DNA from: Tubiluchus corallicola | Taxonomy: Eukaryota; Animalia; Priapulida | DNA: 64,000 bases | Assembly (NCBI GenBank): GCA_030141605.1 | Contig: JAQGDQ010000326.1 | Location: 186,001 to 250,000 of the forward strand | Reading direction: 5' to 3' | Part shown: piece after piece, positions 13,601 to 27,240 of the stretch | How positions within the stretch are numbered: the first letter of the stretch is position 1 | Layout of the letters: each line of letters opens with the position of its first letter | The notes under the pieces: model-generated | The model's database searches: none | Seen by the model: the letters and a program-made list of their open reading frames with translations, nothing else | What the model was told of the DNA's origin: nothing | Position numbers and translations under genes: made by a program

Positions 13601-16600
13601 ATAAGGTGTTAGTAAGGTATAAAGTGTTAGACACCAAAAGGAGTTCTACTGACATACCTCACAGCTTGTAATTGCACCCAGTAGCGATCAACTAACATTA
13701 TGAATCGACCTCTTAAGCCATATTAGGTGACCTCTTTCCTATTTGTAAAAGACTGTTTAATAAAACTATTATTTATTTTAATCAGTTATTTAATGTTCTT
13801 CGCCAAAGTATTAAATCAGGACAATTTCTTTTTGCAAATATAAGTGGCTCGGCTCAAGTGGCAAATAAAAGGAAGATGTTATATCAGAATACCCGTTACA
13901 TTCAGATAAAGAAACGCATGACGACGTGACAAGTTCAGGGCTGCAAAAACGAATAAAAAATTACGTTAACAAATATAACGGGCGGTCCCATCCAATAGCA
14001 TCATTTCACAACGGCATACAACCATCGAATCAGACAGGTGTGTTAAACATCTAATGAAACCGTATTAACGTCAGATGCGAGTGATCCATTAATTCATATA
14101 GCAAATACTAACTAAAGCAAATATGTAGCTGGAGTCAGGACTGGACGCTAAATGTCAAAATTGTAAGATGTATGGGCGAGGAGCCTGCTTCAGCTTGCAC
14201 TCGTGGTGTTTAAAAGCTCCTCAAAAGTTTTACTATGTACATTTGTTTATATTTACACTCTTACAAATATTGTGGCAATTGATCTTCTTAAACCTGCCTA
14301 AACCGTACTGGTGATATTTGTAAGGTCAATACGAGCGCATAATCACCTGTTGGTCACTACAAAGCTTGCGGGTCAGAAAATGGGTTAAGATTTTGTTTAC
14401 TATGCAAACGCAAGTATTTATGTTTAAAATAGAATCATCACAATTTCCGACACATGTTAGGAACTTGATCGAGTTGTCCTAAATATAAATACTTGCTGTG
14501 AGTTTTAGTGTAATTATTTACGAGAAGCAACCTACAATAAGGGTTGCCAATATTCTCGTGTCTTTATTACCATTCATACCTTCTCTTTGTGCTCAGTCTC
14601 TACCTTTTAAGGGATTAAAATTAAGGGATTTTATATGCATAATTTCTGTAAAATTTAACCACTGATATAGAGCTATTATTTGACAGATTTTGAACATAGT
14701 TTTTTTTTATATATCTTATATGTCGTGAGTGTAAAAGATCAACGTTTTGATGGGTCAGATTGTGACCTATGTTTATGTAGATTTTCTTAGTTGCAAAACA
14801 GTTTAATATTTGTCAATAATTTTTCACCAAGATGAAGACAAAAATGTGACGTTTCACTTTGCAACTTGAAAGCTAATTTGAAATTAGTACCAGTGACTTG
14901 ACATTGACGGTGCTGCACGCCCTGAAACTGAAGACTTAAGAAACTATCTGTTATCATTGCCATTGTTTTTGATTGTTGTTATCTTATTGTTAACAGTGGC
15001 CATGTCACCACGAGTTCCACGTTCTTCAAAATCTTTGAAATCAACGGTGCATGCGGAATGGCGGTTGAGAACTCAATATTGTGTAATTCAGGTAAAATGA
15101 CGACATGACTGCAACGCGTATAATACACTCAATTCAACCATGTCACAATGCCTAACCCTGATAACATTTTCTATTAAGTTTTGAAACATGTCGCTTGTTA
15201 TGTTCAGGTTCTAACAAACACAGAATGATTTACTGGTGAGATAATTCCTACTGCCAGTATTCAATAAGCATTCATTGGTGAGATACCATCAAAAGACATC
15301 TATTTATTTGAAAAAACTGGCCAGCTGCAGACGGCGGTGGTTTATAACCATTTTTGGTAGTTAACTGCTATCTTCCAGCATCCAGAATACAGATTATATA
15401 CAACTATGGTTGTGGTTTAGACCTTGAGCGACGAATGAAGGGGGATTAATATGATAGATTGTATTTCTGCATTGCCATCTCTGAACAGCAGTATTATGAG
15501 AACCTTCTGTGTTAAACCACTTCACTTTTTTTCGGGCAGTTTAAAGGTGTATATTAATTTAAACGTTTTATTTTAAATAATTTCGTAAAAACATTTGTAT
15601 ATATTTTGTAATCTTTTTGGACAGTTTGTGTGTAAAATGTTTATAAATCCAGCAAGCAAAAACACATTAGTTCATATGTAGAAAAAACATCACAGGTAAT
15701 CTTTTATTATGCTTAGGTTGCCCTTTATAAAAATTACATAGGATGAAAATGTAGCTTATTCAATTTTTACTATAACAAAATCTGCACATTTAAATTTACA
15801 AAGAAAGGAAGAGTTCTATTGACCAATCTAGACGTGCACTGGAGGCAAAATGTTTGATTAATTATTCACCTGTTGAATAATTTCTCAGCCAAGAAATTAT
15901 ACCGAAAAAGAAATAAATGCATCCTATAAGCTTAAATTAAATCAGCACCAATGTTATCTGATTGCCGATTCGGTTTTGCACGCGCGTTTCATTGCAAATC
16001 GACGGTGCGTATCCGTTGACGGCTGCCGTGCCGTTTTCACACCTGACTCTTCTCAACGCATCTGTCCCAATGACTGTCATTAAATCGCACAAAACACGTG
16101 TACAGGGTTCGCTTGAGAGACCAGGGCTCAGCCGAAGTACGACATCAATGGTGAATTACAGTTGCCATTGTTAATAAGAAGAAAATTGGCCTGATTGCTA
16201 AAAACGTTTCATCCCGCGAAGAGGAGCTAACTTGAGGAAGCATACAAGACCTCTTGTCAGTGTCCTATCTATTGAATTACTGTTATATCGCAGCCATTGT
16301 GTTTGTTTCTTTTATTTTATTTACCTGTTAGGGGGAAATGGGACCGCGGAACCACCTGCCTCAATCAGACAGAAGTGACAGATGAATAGGTTTGACCCAT
16401 CAAACAATGAATTGAATTAATGCAATATAGACGGCGCTTAATTATTATGCAAGATGTGAATTTGCTTTTGTGGCGAACCGAATCAGCTATTTCAGTTATT
16501 TCACAGTTGGTGGATTAGACAAACGTTATTCGTCTGTTTGCAAATTGTATAGGGATTTTAACTGCCCGTTGCGTCGTGATATTGCATAATACTGTTTGAC

Positions 16601-18167
16601 GATTTCTTTGTATCTGTTGCACTGACATGCATTAAACCAAGCGAGCTATAGCAAACAATTTTAAAATTGGACCAATACCGACCTATATGCGGCATTCTAT
16701 ACGTGTAAAAATCTGGCCTTGGGGCGCTCATTGATCAAATATTATTAATAGAATCATGAGGAGCATTAGCAATATAGAATTTCCATTATAACATACCCTA
16801 AATTAACCCCCTTCTGCAGCGCCTATGTCACAAATGATGCTGCAGCTCACTGTAAACTGGTCAGTCTTGACTGCTTGGATCGCAGCTCCATCAGATCAGT
16901 AAGCAATACAATAAAATGGATTAATTTTTGCAAATTGCCCACGGCTATAATACTCTTGTAATTCTAAGATTATACACAGCGCATTTCCGTCAATCTCAAG
17001 ACAACAAGCAGCTGACTTGATAAGACCGCATACAAGTATTTTTTTCAAAAGAGATTACTGACATTTTATTGTGCACAGCTTAAGGAAAAGAGCGTTATGC
17101 AAACGGGCGATTTTTTCACTTGTAGAACGGTGTGTGTCATTGTCCTGAAATGTTAATAGCACAATGTCAGTTTCGTAATCTGACACGCGTACGATTTAGT
17201 ATACGCTAATGTCCAATTGTCCATGGCATAGCTTTTTGTCCAGATAGCCAAAATTGCCAGAATTTAATGTGTACAGAAATGTGCAAGAAATAAAGAAATA
17301 TGCAATTGTCTTACACATTTAAATTCGCGAAAATCTTTGTTCTATTGAACTGAGTAGTTTACTTCTAATAAATCTAAATTACTATCATTTGTAGTTGTGA
17401 GACAAACTAATTATTAAATGACTGACAAATATTTAACGTTGGAAGTCTGTAAAATACAATAATAGACATGTTTGCTAAAAGTGCTACAAACAAATATTGT
17501 GACTATGCAAAAATTAAGAACTAAATTGAAAAATTTTCATTCCTCTAATTATTACTCCTAGATTTTTGACCAGTTACTTGCTTCTCCAAAACCAGCATTC
17601 GTTAAAGCTCCCGTCACAAATTTAAGTTCAATAATCATTATATCTTTCCTTCACAAAGTTCGTGATCTAATCACAGACAAGCAAGACACAAACAATCAAA
17701 CAAACAAACAAACACTGATGAGTTTTATGCTGGCAACTTTCCCACTTTCATTTGCATCTACTGGAGACACATTTGCTTTTACAGCGATTTTGCATTTACT
17801 GCCTTACTGATTACTAACAATCAGTAGCGTAATATAGGCCCCATTGTTGTTATGCACCAGCAAAAAATTATTTTATATTGGATAAGGACTGTTACAGTTG
17901 AACAAAGGGTTACTACGTGATACACATATTAACAGCAAGCTACCCAACAGAAGGTGGTACTGGAAACAGTAATTACAGCCATTCATTATGGACTGATTGG
18001 GAGATTCGCTGTAAATCGTAAATTAAAAAAAGCTTAAACTGATTAACTTGCATAGAACCAGAATATATTGAGAATAAATTCATTAAATTGGCAGTAAATT
18101 ACAAAGAGGTGTAAGGTTATTTGCAGTACACTGAATTGGACAACCAGCAAAACGGTGTTTTGCTGAA

Positions 18168-18485
18168 TTTATTCGTTCATTCCTTCCTTCCTTCCTTCCT
18201 TCCCTCATTCATTCATCCAATCATTCGTTCGTTCGTTCATTCATTCATTAATATTATTGCATATACACTCATTTTTGCTCGTTTGTTCATCCTTGCGTCA
18301 TTACTTTGTTTGTTTACCTGTTTATTTATTTGCTTACCTAATTGTTTATCTATTTATTTTTTCGTTTGTTTCTTCGGTCGTTTACTGTTTGCTAGTTTGT
18401 CCTTCGTTCGCACCTTCTTATATCCGTTTAATTATTCATTTTTTATTTCCTTTTTATTTATTTGTTCGCTCATTCAATCATCCCT
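18168..18485. repeat. Degenerate tetranucleotide repeat (TTCC/TTCA/TTCG/TTTA)
   Basis: Directly visible low-complexity tract. Confidence 0.8.
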
Positions 18486-18521
18486 TCATGTAAACAAGGT
18501 GACGATCATGAAAAGCGGAGA

Positions 18522-19115
18522 TGAGGGTTTATCTAGGTGTATTATTCATTGCACATAGAGGTCTGAGGGTTTATATAGGTGTATTATTCGTTGTACATAG
18601 AGGGCTGAGGGTTTATATAGGTGTGTTGTTCATGAGGGCACATGGAGGGCTGAGTGTTTATCTAGGCGTATTATTCGTTGCACATAGAGGGCTGAGGGTT
18701 TATATAGGTGTGTTTTCATAAGGGCACAGTGGGGCTGAGGGTTTATCTAGGTGTATTATTTGCTGCACATAGAGGGCTGAGGGTTTATATAGGTGTGTTG
18801 TTCATGGGGGCACATGGAGGGCTGAGGGTTCATCTAGGTCTGCGATTCATGGCACACAGAAGGCTGAGGGTTTATCTAGGTCTGCTGTTCATGGCACATA
18901 GAGGGCTGAAGGTTCATGACGGCACAGTGGGGCTGAGGGTTTATCTAGGAGCGTTGGTCATGGTACATAATGGGGCTGTGGGTTCGTCTAAACATGTTTT
19001 GCATAGTTAGGTGTATTTTTGCTGGGACGTAGTGGGGCTCTAGGTTTATCTAGGCGTGTCACCCATGGGGACACACTCACTGTGGCAGGAGGCTGGGGGT
19101 CCAGCTAAGCGTGCT
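18522..19115. repeat. Minisatellite, about 13 units of mostly 42-45 bp
   Basis: Unit TGAGGGTTTAT(A/C)TAGGTGT...GCACATAGAGGGC, decaying rightwards. Confidence 0.92.
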
Positions 19116-22100
19116 GTTTTTCATTTCGCAACATTTACGTGCTCAATAAGCATCGACAGTTGGACAAAATTATAAATGGCGTGCTGAAATGTATAATACC
19201 AATTAGCACAGCTCATTAAATATTAAACTTGACCTTCTGTCTTGCACTGGTTTAATGGTATGCTGCGTCTTGTACTGTACATATGAGGATTTACTGTGAT
19301 TTGGAGGGAATGTAGGCCAAATAAGTGTGTTCAAATATTCTTGCAAGTTTTGAAATCGTTTGTAAATGCCACCAGTTTTATTATGTCTTGCAGTGAAACT
19401 GCTTGGCAATGCACAAACTGTTATTAGGACATTTCTGTCACAGTCACATTATTTATTGTACTTCGATATTCCAATGATCACGTAGATGCGTTACTCTTAT
19501 TTACACTCTTTTGTTTTATTATATTAGTCCATTATAAAGTCAGAAGAGGAAAGTTCAGTTTGCTGTTATTCCTGTCCCAATATTTTTGTAATCATCTTCA
19601 CTTTAGTTGAGAATTTTAATAGGTACTTTTTACCTAGCTAAAAATAATTCGAACTGTGAAAATGTGAATCAATACCTAGTCACCAGTCTCTCTTTTCACA
19701 TCAATGCAAATAAGTCTTCAACGCACGTGCAAAAGCAGTGTGGGTATAGTTTGCATCTGAGTTGTATTTGTTAATATTTTTGCGAGTTGATTACATTTTA
19801 GCATCAATTAACTGATGAGAACAAAAGTAAGTAGAGTTACCAATGTGGAGTCTACTATACTCAGCGCTCGTCATAAGAGGCTTTTCACTTGTTTTTCGTT
19901 GAATACTTCTGGTACACTACAAGTCGAGTAAATTGCAATCAAATTTTGCTCACAACAAAAAACTCATAAAATTAAAAAAGTTAAATTGTGTGAGTTATCG
20001 CGCTGATTTACAACATATGCTAGTGATTTTACAAACGACTGACAATAAATTTCAAAAACATAATCCCAAGTGAAGAAATTGCAAGTGGCATTTTCTAGGT
20101 CATGTTATACACTTGCTAGGCCTATTATTGTGTGCAACAGCACAGTATCAAATTGTTGCCTTTGAAAAGTGTTTTCTGCGGAAAAAGTACACAAGCAAAA
20201 GCTGCTAGATGTAGATAACCCAGGAGTTGTAAGCACTGGAGGTGCATTCTGCGGGATCCCAATCACGAGAGGCAACAGAGTCTCTTTCATCTCAAACGTT
20301 TAGTCATTCAAGTAAGAATGTTTCGTTGTTCGTTCTCTGAAGAGGAAACATGCGGCTTTTTGAAAGCATCTGAACGTGTTCTTACATAAAATTAGGCAAA
20401 GGTGTCGGTGAATTGTTAAACTCTCTCTGTTCCGTTTGCGCCTGGCAAGGACAAGATGACCAACTGCAAGGTACTCGTTTATAAACAGACCGAAGCACAA
20501 AATTACAGTTCAAAAACAATGACCACTGAATAGAAGAAACCAGAAATAAGCTGCTGCTATTCCTGTATAAATAAAGGAATATAAATATGGACCTGCATAA
20601 ATGTAAATGAATCCACATGGCATGTACCCACAGTCGCTCTCACGAAACACAAGCGGAAATGTAGCTGTGAAAACTTCGAACTATCAGAATGACACAGATT
20701 CAGCTCCCGTATGAGAGAAGCTTTATATTGGTTTCTGGCTCTGCCAATAATATCTGGAACGATTATTCTGCTGCCAGCCTGCCAATGTCTACGACAGACA
20801 TAATGGGCATATGATGATGATAATAATAATGATGATGATGCGCATTATAATCTGCTTAGAGGTGTGGCACAGAAGAGGAATTTGCTAAGTGTTGTTTTAC
20901 CGAAAATAAAAAATACGTATTTGGTAATATTTTGATGTGAAAATTTTTCACTTGTACAATGAATTTATTAGTTAATGTTTGATCAAAAATACGTTACTAT
21001 AATAAATAAATAAATAAATAAATGAACGAATGATAAATATATTTTACGAACGTAAGAATTTATTGTTTAGGTTAGAAACTAGACCACCGAAAGACTTTAA
21101 CAGGTTTTAAGTTGAAAATAAAAAACAAGATCGGTTATAAGAGTCATTCAGTAATTTTGCTGCAGCAAACACAAAATATTGGTTCAATTTGGTTGCAGTA
21201 TAATGAATAGTTGTAAAATATTTTGCTGTTACTATGCATTACAAACTCCAAAAAACAAGTTAATCAGAGTAAAAAAATTACAATTTCTTTTTAACGAGGA
21301 ACAATATAAATCGCTTTTTTGCAGTTTATACAGCAGTGATGTTCATTTTGTTTTCCTGCTTTAATTTAATTGTGTTGAAGGTTTGATAATTATACACCTA
21401 TATATAAAGCAATTGTTGTTACCAGGGATTAAGTATAGAAACACACAGTACTAATATGATGGTTTTTCTCGGCTTCCACAAAAGGTGTTATTAAAACAGG
21501 AATTTTAAAAAGCCTAAGGCGCTCTAACAAAGACTAGGCAACATGGCAGCGTAGGCAAACACCGTAACAATAGTAGTATAGTAACCGAAAAAATAAAACC
21601 CGAAAAAATGTTAGGCAATCAATGGCTATTGGTAATAAAAGCGTATAAGCAACTGCTTGCGGAATTCACAATATCAAACAATTGTGCGCGTATGTATTAA
21701 AGGCGTTTCGGCACAAATAATTTTTTTTAGAATTTTTTATAAAAAATATATATTATTTTATAATATTTTGTAAAAAAAATTCTAGGACAATTCTGTCAGT
21801 AGGATTTTTGATGAAAGTAAATAATAATATTCTTTAATCAGTCGTTATGTTATTTTCTGATTTTTAAATTTATAGATTTATTACGCGAACGGCTGAGGCG
21901 GCAAAATGATAAAAATATTAGATTCTGATTTTTTTGAAAATTAAAAAAATTTAATCCTTAAAGATAATGAATAAACTTGATAGGACGATAAAACTGACGT
22001 AGTGTATGTGCCATTTAATTACGTGGAAACTACATTATCTTTAGAGAATAATTAAAAAGCGTTTTACTTAGAAAGTGGACGGTAAATTTCACTTTATGAT

Positions 22101-25100
22101 TTAATAAAATCAAATGTTCTCTTTAAAATTTAATCACACGCTCAATAATCCTGCGCAGTCCCCTTCCAACATAAATTAACAATTAATTCAACGCAAGAGT
22201 AATGGCTAATTAGCTCAGTTCTAACTCTATCTCTAGCCTCTTTGTCTTACGTTTACAATTAAACTTAAATTATGATGGAAAAACCGACTTTATACTGATG
22301 ACTCATTAATTTTACACGTACAGTAATGGCGATTTTATTGTCTGCATTAATTATTTTTACCCAATTTGCTCTTCTCAGCCCTAACAACATGTCGAATATT
22401 TTGCAAAATAATTTTCCCGTAGAAAACGTAATTTGCTTTCAGGTGTCTTTAAAGCCAAACAATTTAATGTGATATTTTCATTATGCATAAACATGTCATT
22501 AAGAATACCATCATGTAAAAAAACTTCGTTAAAGCTCATCGACAATTACGAAGCCGGGAAATTCTATACGCTGAAGTTACTAAATTCGTTTTTTTACAAA
22601 AAACATACCCTGCATCATCCAACCAACAAGACTGCATGAGTTGAAATGAAATTGGACAATAATTAGTCAAAACTCATTATAAATGCAATCATAATGAGGT
22701 GCAATTATTATTATAAGATATACAATATCGATCTTTTATCAAAATTACAGCCTTGTTAAATTTGCTTCCCAAAAACAATTTTCTTTTATTAGCATAGATG
22801 TCACGTGACCAAATGACGGTTTTCGTGCAGCGTAACGAGTCTATGCGCGCTCTCAAAAAGAGTTTGACAATTAAGGATTAATTAGAAAAATGTTTCTTTC
22901 GAATGAAAAAAAATTTCTAGATATTTTTCTCGAATGATATGCAGTTGAAACTTATTGTTTTGACTGCCTACAATTTTTCTAAACTTTTAGTACAAGCGAT
23001 ACGCATTTTTCAGTTTTTCGCCATTTTCGGTTACCAATAACCAACAAACGACATTCAGACCAGCTTACGTTTGAATCAATCGACTTCCAAGGCTGGATAT
23101 AGATTTTCTATTTAACCCTGTTAGAGGTGATTTCAGTGTTAGCGATTACAGTCGATGTAATAGAGGTTTTGCGTGCGAAATAACAACTGGTAACTGGTTG
23201 GCGTAGAGATAAAACCAAATCTTAAGTTGCTTGATATTGCAGCTGTATGGATATTACGTTTGTTACTGCCATTTTACAAATCAAAGTTTCTTGAAAAATT
23301 TAAGCAATAATAAATCAAACTGCGCAGCAAGTGCCGATTTGCAAGTCATTCTTTTAAGACATTCATTACGGTCTAGTCATTTAAGACAGCCTACTGGTAT
23401 GCTGCCACATTATCGGCGGCAGTGTACATTGTATATTCAATTATCTGTCAATTGTATATATTTTAATGATATTTATTTAATGAATTATATATTAATTGCA
23501 TTAGTAGTAGCTGGTCTAATCTTTCATCTTTAATATTACGTCTTGACTTTATTTCCACAGTCTTTAACTAATATCAGTTTTGTATATTTCAAGTCATGAA
23601 CGCGGGAAATGTGAAAGCTCGTCGGGTAAAAGCCTGGTTTTTAAGTATTGTTAGTGTACTTTGTATACTTTTGTGTAGTTTCTTGTATTAATGCAGGAAA
23701 TATTCTGAGTTTTGAATAAATTGTTATGATCTTGATCGAGAATTTTGATCTAGATTAATTTAGATTTCATATTTACATTCTTTTTTATACCAAACTTAAA
23801 GCTTGCGTTTAAGAATCTAAAAATTGATCTGTGTTTAAAATACTACATAGTTGTTTAAAGATGAGTAACTTGCGAGTATTTGCGTTTGCGAATACGAAAT
23901 ACATGAAGATTAGCGTCACCAGCTCTAAATGAAATCATGTATTTGCTAAAGCAGCAAAATAGGTTTGCTTGTACTTTATTGCTTTCAGAACATTCCGAAC
24001 ATAGACCGGTGAAAGTTTGCGATATTTAAGTTTAAGGTATCACAAACGTTCAATCTCAACCTTTTGCTGACAATTTATCCGAAGGAATTATGGCGTGTAA
24101 ATTATGGCAGATTATATAACTGCACATCTTTCAACTAAGTTATAAAGATTAAAAACACTTTCATACAGACATAAAGATATGTTTTGACGTATCAAATGCA
24201 AATAAAAAACAGCTATTGAAGCAGTAGGTGTCAACAGTGCAAATAGATATACTTGCTTGGGATCATATGATTATTTGAGCACATGTGGTCTCATCTTTAA
24301 TATCCAGTCTCGACCAGATTTCCGCAATTACCAACTAATATCGATTTTACATATTTCAAATCTTTAAACAGTGCTCATAAGAGACTACTGTTTATGTTAA
24401 CAGATTTTTCATTCATGAAATACGTCACCGTTATTATTGGTCTATATACACTCACTTTCAGTATAATAAACTTTTATAATAATCAGTTTTTCTGACCAAC
24501 CTTGTAGTCTACAAAATCGTTTATTGTGTTTGCGTGACTTCGGCAAATAAAGATATGGCGTTATTTATATTTTACGCAATACCAATCGTACAGGCGTTGT
24601 TATTACACAAGGTAGGAAAAAGCATTTTTATGAGACAGATAAAAGTCGTATTTGCAATAAGCATGGCAGATATTGTTCTGCGTTATAATTACGATAGTTG
24701 ATAAAATAGCTAGTTTTGATGGCAGGGAACGCACGCAACCATTGGGAAAAACATAGTCACAACTGCATGGCAGAACACTGAAATTTGTAGATTTACACTT
24801 TCGAGTTTTTCAAAATACAATAATTTTATAACGAAGACAGAAAGATAAGGGTACTGGTTGGTTTGACAAATTTGTAGATTTTAGATTTTTCTCACCAGTT
24901 TTATATCATACAATAACTTTTATAATAAGTAACAACTAATAACAAAATTAAAGTAGTTTTTATAGCCGCTCCAAGGTGGCAATCATGTTTGTGACACGTA
25001 ACAATAAGCTTTTCGCCTGGCCAGTAGACAAGTAGTAAATAATGTGGGTTTGGTACGCATAAACTTATATTATTTTAGTTCTACATAAAATTGCATTGAG

Positions 25101-25454
25101 GAAAATAATCAAACTTTTCGCTAATTAGGCCTGTGCGCAAATATAATTCAAGGTATATCAATAATACTCGTGCAGTATCAAGATTTGACAGGTAATGCCG
25201 GCATTTAATGTCAATAGCAATATCAAACTGATAAAATAATTAATATGATAACTGCTCATATAAATGCGAGTGCGCTATCTAAGGTAAAGAGGCATTGATT
25301 CATATCTTATACAATACGTTGCTTTACTTCATTGCAAGTTCTATGAACTATTAGGAATTATCAGTGATTCGCAATGTGCATAATAGGATTCATGCAAGAT
25401 TCAATGAAATACAAATGTGTTGAATTCTCACGAATCATAATAAGATCGACTTAC

Positions 25455-26083
25455 CTTGCAGTGGTGCAGTCGTTGTACAGAATATCAAACTCTTCGGTGG
25501 AAAGAAGTTTGCATCGGTTCACTCCAGGTTGTATGGCTCCCAGACCTCTCAGAATTCTTACTTGTTCCACATTGCAGACGACTGGTGTGATTTCGAGTCT
25601 TTTCAGTTTGGTGTAGACTGTGTGTAACCCTCCAACAAGGTGTTTCAGGAACAGGTCGAACGCCTGGGGAAGGCATATAAGTTCTCTGCCTCCGATGTTG
25701 AAGCTGGCAATTTTCGCTCCGCGATAGTCAATCATGCGGCAGTCGTTGTGAGCCGGATCGGACGGCAACGGTGGCGGTGAATTGTAAACGGGAGGAGATA
25801 GTTTTTCTATGCGGTGATAGAGTTCTGCTTTAGTCATAGGGGGAGATATGGAAGGGGGTGATTTGGGACGCGGAGGAGGCGTATGGCTTCTTGGAGCTGC
25901 AGCTATGGGATGAGCTGAGGGATGGCTGCTCGTAAGACTACCGGAAATCATTGGGAGAGAAGTGTGTATTTGAAACTCGGGGCGAGGGGGTGGTGGGAGA
26001 GGAGATGAGCTGGAGGGTGGGGTGGGTTCCTGCTCATTTCGTTCGTGCTGTGCTGGGAGACTGCAGCTTGATTCGCTCTCCAT
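25455..26083 (-). CDS. dac: Dachshund homolog, first coding exon (Pro/Ser-rich N-terminus + Ski/Sno/Dac DD1 domain); gene continues beyond the left edge
   Basis: ORF 25451..26083 contains NDCRMIDYRGAKIASF...ICLPQAFDLFLKHLVGGLHTVYTKLKRLEITPVVCNVEQVRILRGLGAIQPGVNRCKLL...LYNDCTTAR, the diagnostic DACHbox-N. In-frame TAA upstream of the ATG. Exon ends at consensus donor GCAAG|GTAAGT (phase 2, intron starts 25454). No exon encoding the expected continuation PGRPPKR was seen in 1-25454. Confidence 0.96.
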
Positions 26084-26758
26084 TCTTGTGCGTCTGCCTT
26101 CTGGTGTATTTACTATTTAAATGCACACATGCTGCGTGTTTTCTTACAGATGTAATGAGCATGCAGACCGATATAATACAAATACCGGGGCACTGGAATA
26201 ATACCGTTACCGGGCCTACATGTGTTATGATTGGAAAGCAGTTGTAGCTGTGCGCAGTAGCACAGCGCGCATGGCCGGTATTTATTGTTCGCATTTCGTA
26301 AGATAACGATATAATTATTATGAACTATTATTAAAAATTTAAATATGAAGTCAAGTTAGTTTATAAAACTGAACAAGTTCTGAGATTTACAGTATAAATA
26401 AGTTGTTAGTATAAATATTGTCACACATGTTGAGTTTTTCTCAAACTTAGACAACATCCGTCAAAATCATACGGTCCACTTCATGTATTTGATACGAATT
26501 TTAGTATTTTTACAGTGTGCATTAAAATGTCCTTGTTTTTACGCGTGATATTTTTTTGCTTCTTTATTTATCAGAGTTTGTTTATTGACTTATTTGTATA
26601 TTTATTTGTTTATGCGGTATCACTTGCGAAAATATATTTCGTGGTGTTTACTGAACCATAAGGAACCACAAAGCGAAAAGTCCTAACTTGATATGGTATA
26701 GCATTTACTTATGCCCATAATACTTTTTTTACTATTTTTCTTTACTTTTTATTGCTAT

Positions 26759-27079
26759 GTGCAAGCATCGCGTATTTACCTAAGTGTGATATCTAAATAA
26801 TCTAACTGTGTTGTAATAAAAAGCTGCGATAATGTGATAAAAATAAAACCCTTGATACTTCTGCACTTGGTAATTTTGTCTTCTCCAACACGTACATACG
26901 TACAATAAACGACAATTTGTCTTTATTTTTTCTGTGCAAGCATCGACATTTACAATTATGGCATATCTAAATAATGTAACTGTAATGTATTCTGATAAAA
27001 ACAAAACCCCAGATACTTCTGCGCCTAAGCACTTCTGCGTCTTTGAACACTTTGCGTTCTTGAACACGTACAATAAACG
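26759..27079. repeat. Diverged tandem duplication (two copies of about 150 bp)
   Basis: Both copies (26759-26910, 26934-27079) share GTGCAAGCATCG, ATATCTAAATAAT.TAACTGT, TGATAAAAA.AAAACCC..GATACTTCTGC and ACGTACAATAAACG in the same order. Confidence 0.8.
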
Positions 27080-27168
27080 TTTCGAACGTGTAACAATGCT
27101 CACAATAATTGTTATTGATTTTTCGAAACCAAAGTTGACTGAAAGGAATAAACAGTGAAAAGCTGGAA

Positions 27169-27240
27169 CTATTCCTGAATTTGAACTCGGAACCTTTGGG
27201 TTACAGGCCCAATGCCATGACCGCTAGACTACTCAGCGGG
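27169..27240 (-). mobile_element. tRNA-derived SINE head or tRNA pseudogene
   Basis: Minus strand ..TAGTCTAGCGGT (A box)..GGCCTGTAACCC (anticodon-arm-like)..GAGTTCAAATTC (B box); acceptor stem does not pair well. Confidence 0.6.

Noticed and set aside
18522-19115. CRISPR-like look (constant core plus variable part)
   Set aside because: The variable parts are homologous to one another, there are no cas genes, and the context is a eukaryotic intron; it is a minisatellite.
20105-20618. Cluster of short ORFs in a less AT-rich patch
   Set aside because: No recognisable domain or consistent splice signals.
27169-27240. Functional tRNA-Tyr gene
   Set aside because: Acceptor stem does not pair and the boxes are degenerate; treated as SINE head or pseudogene.
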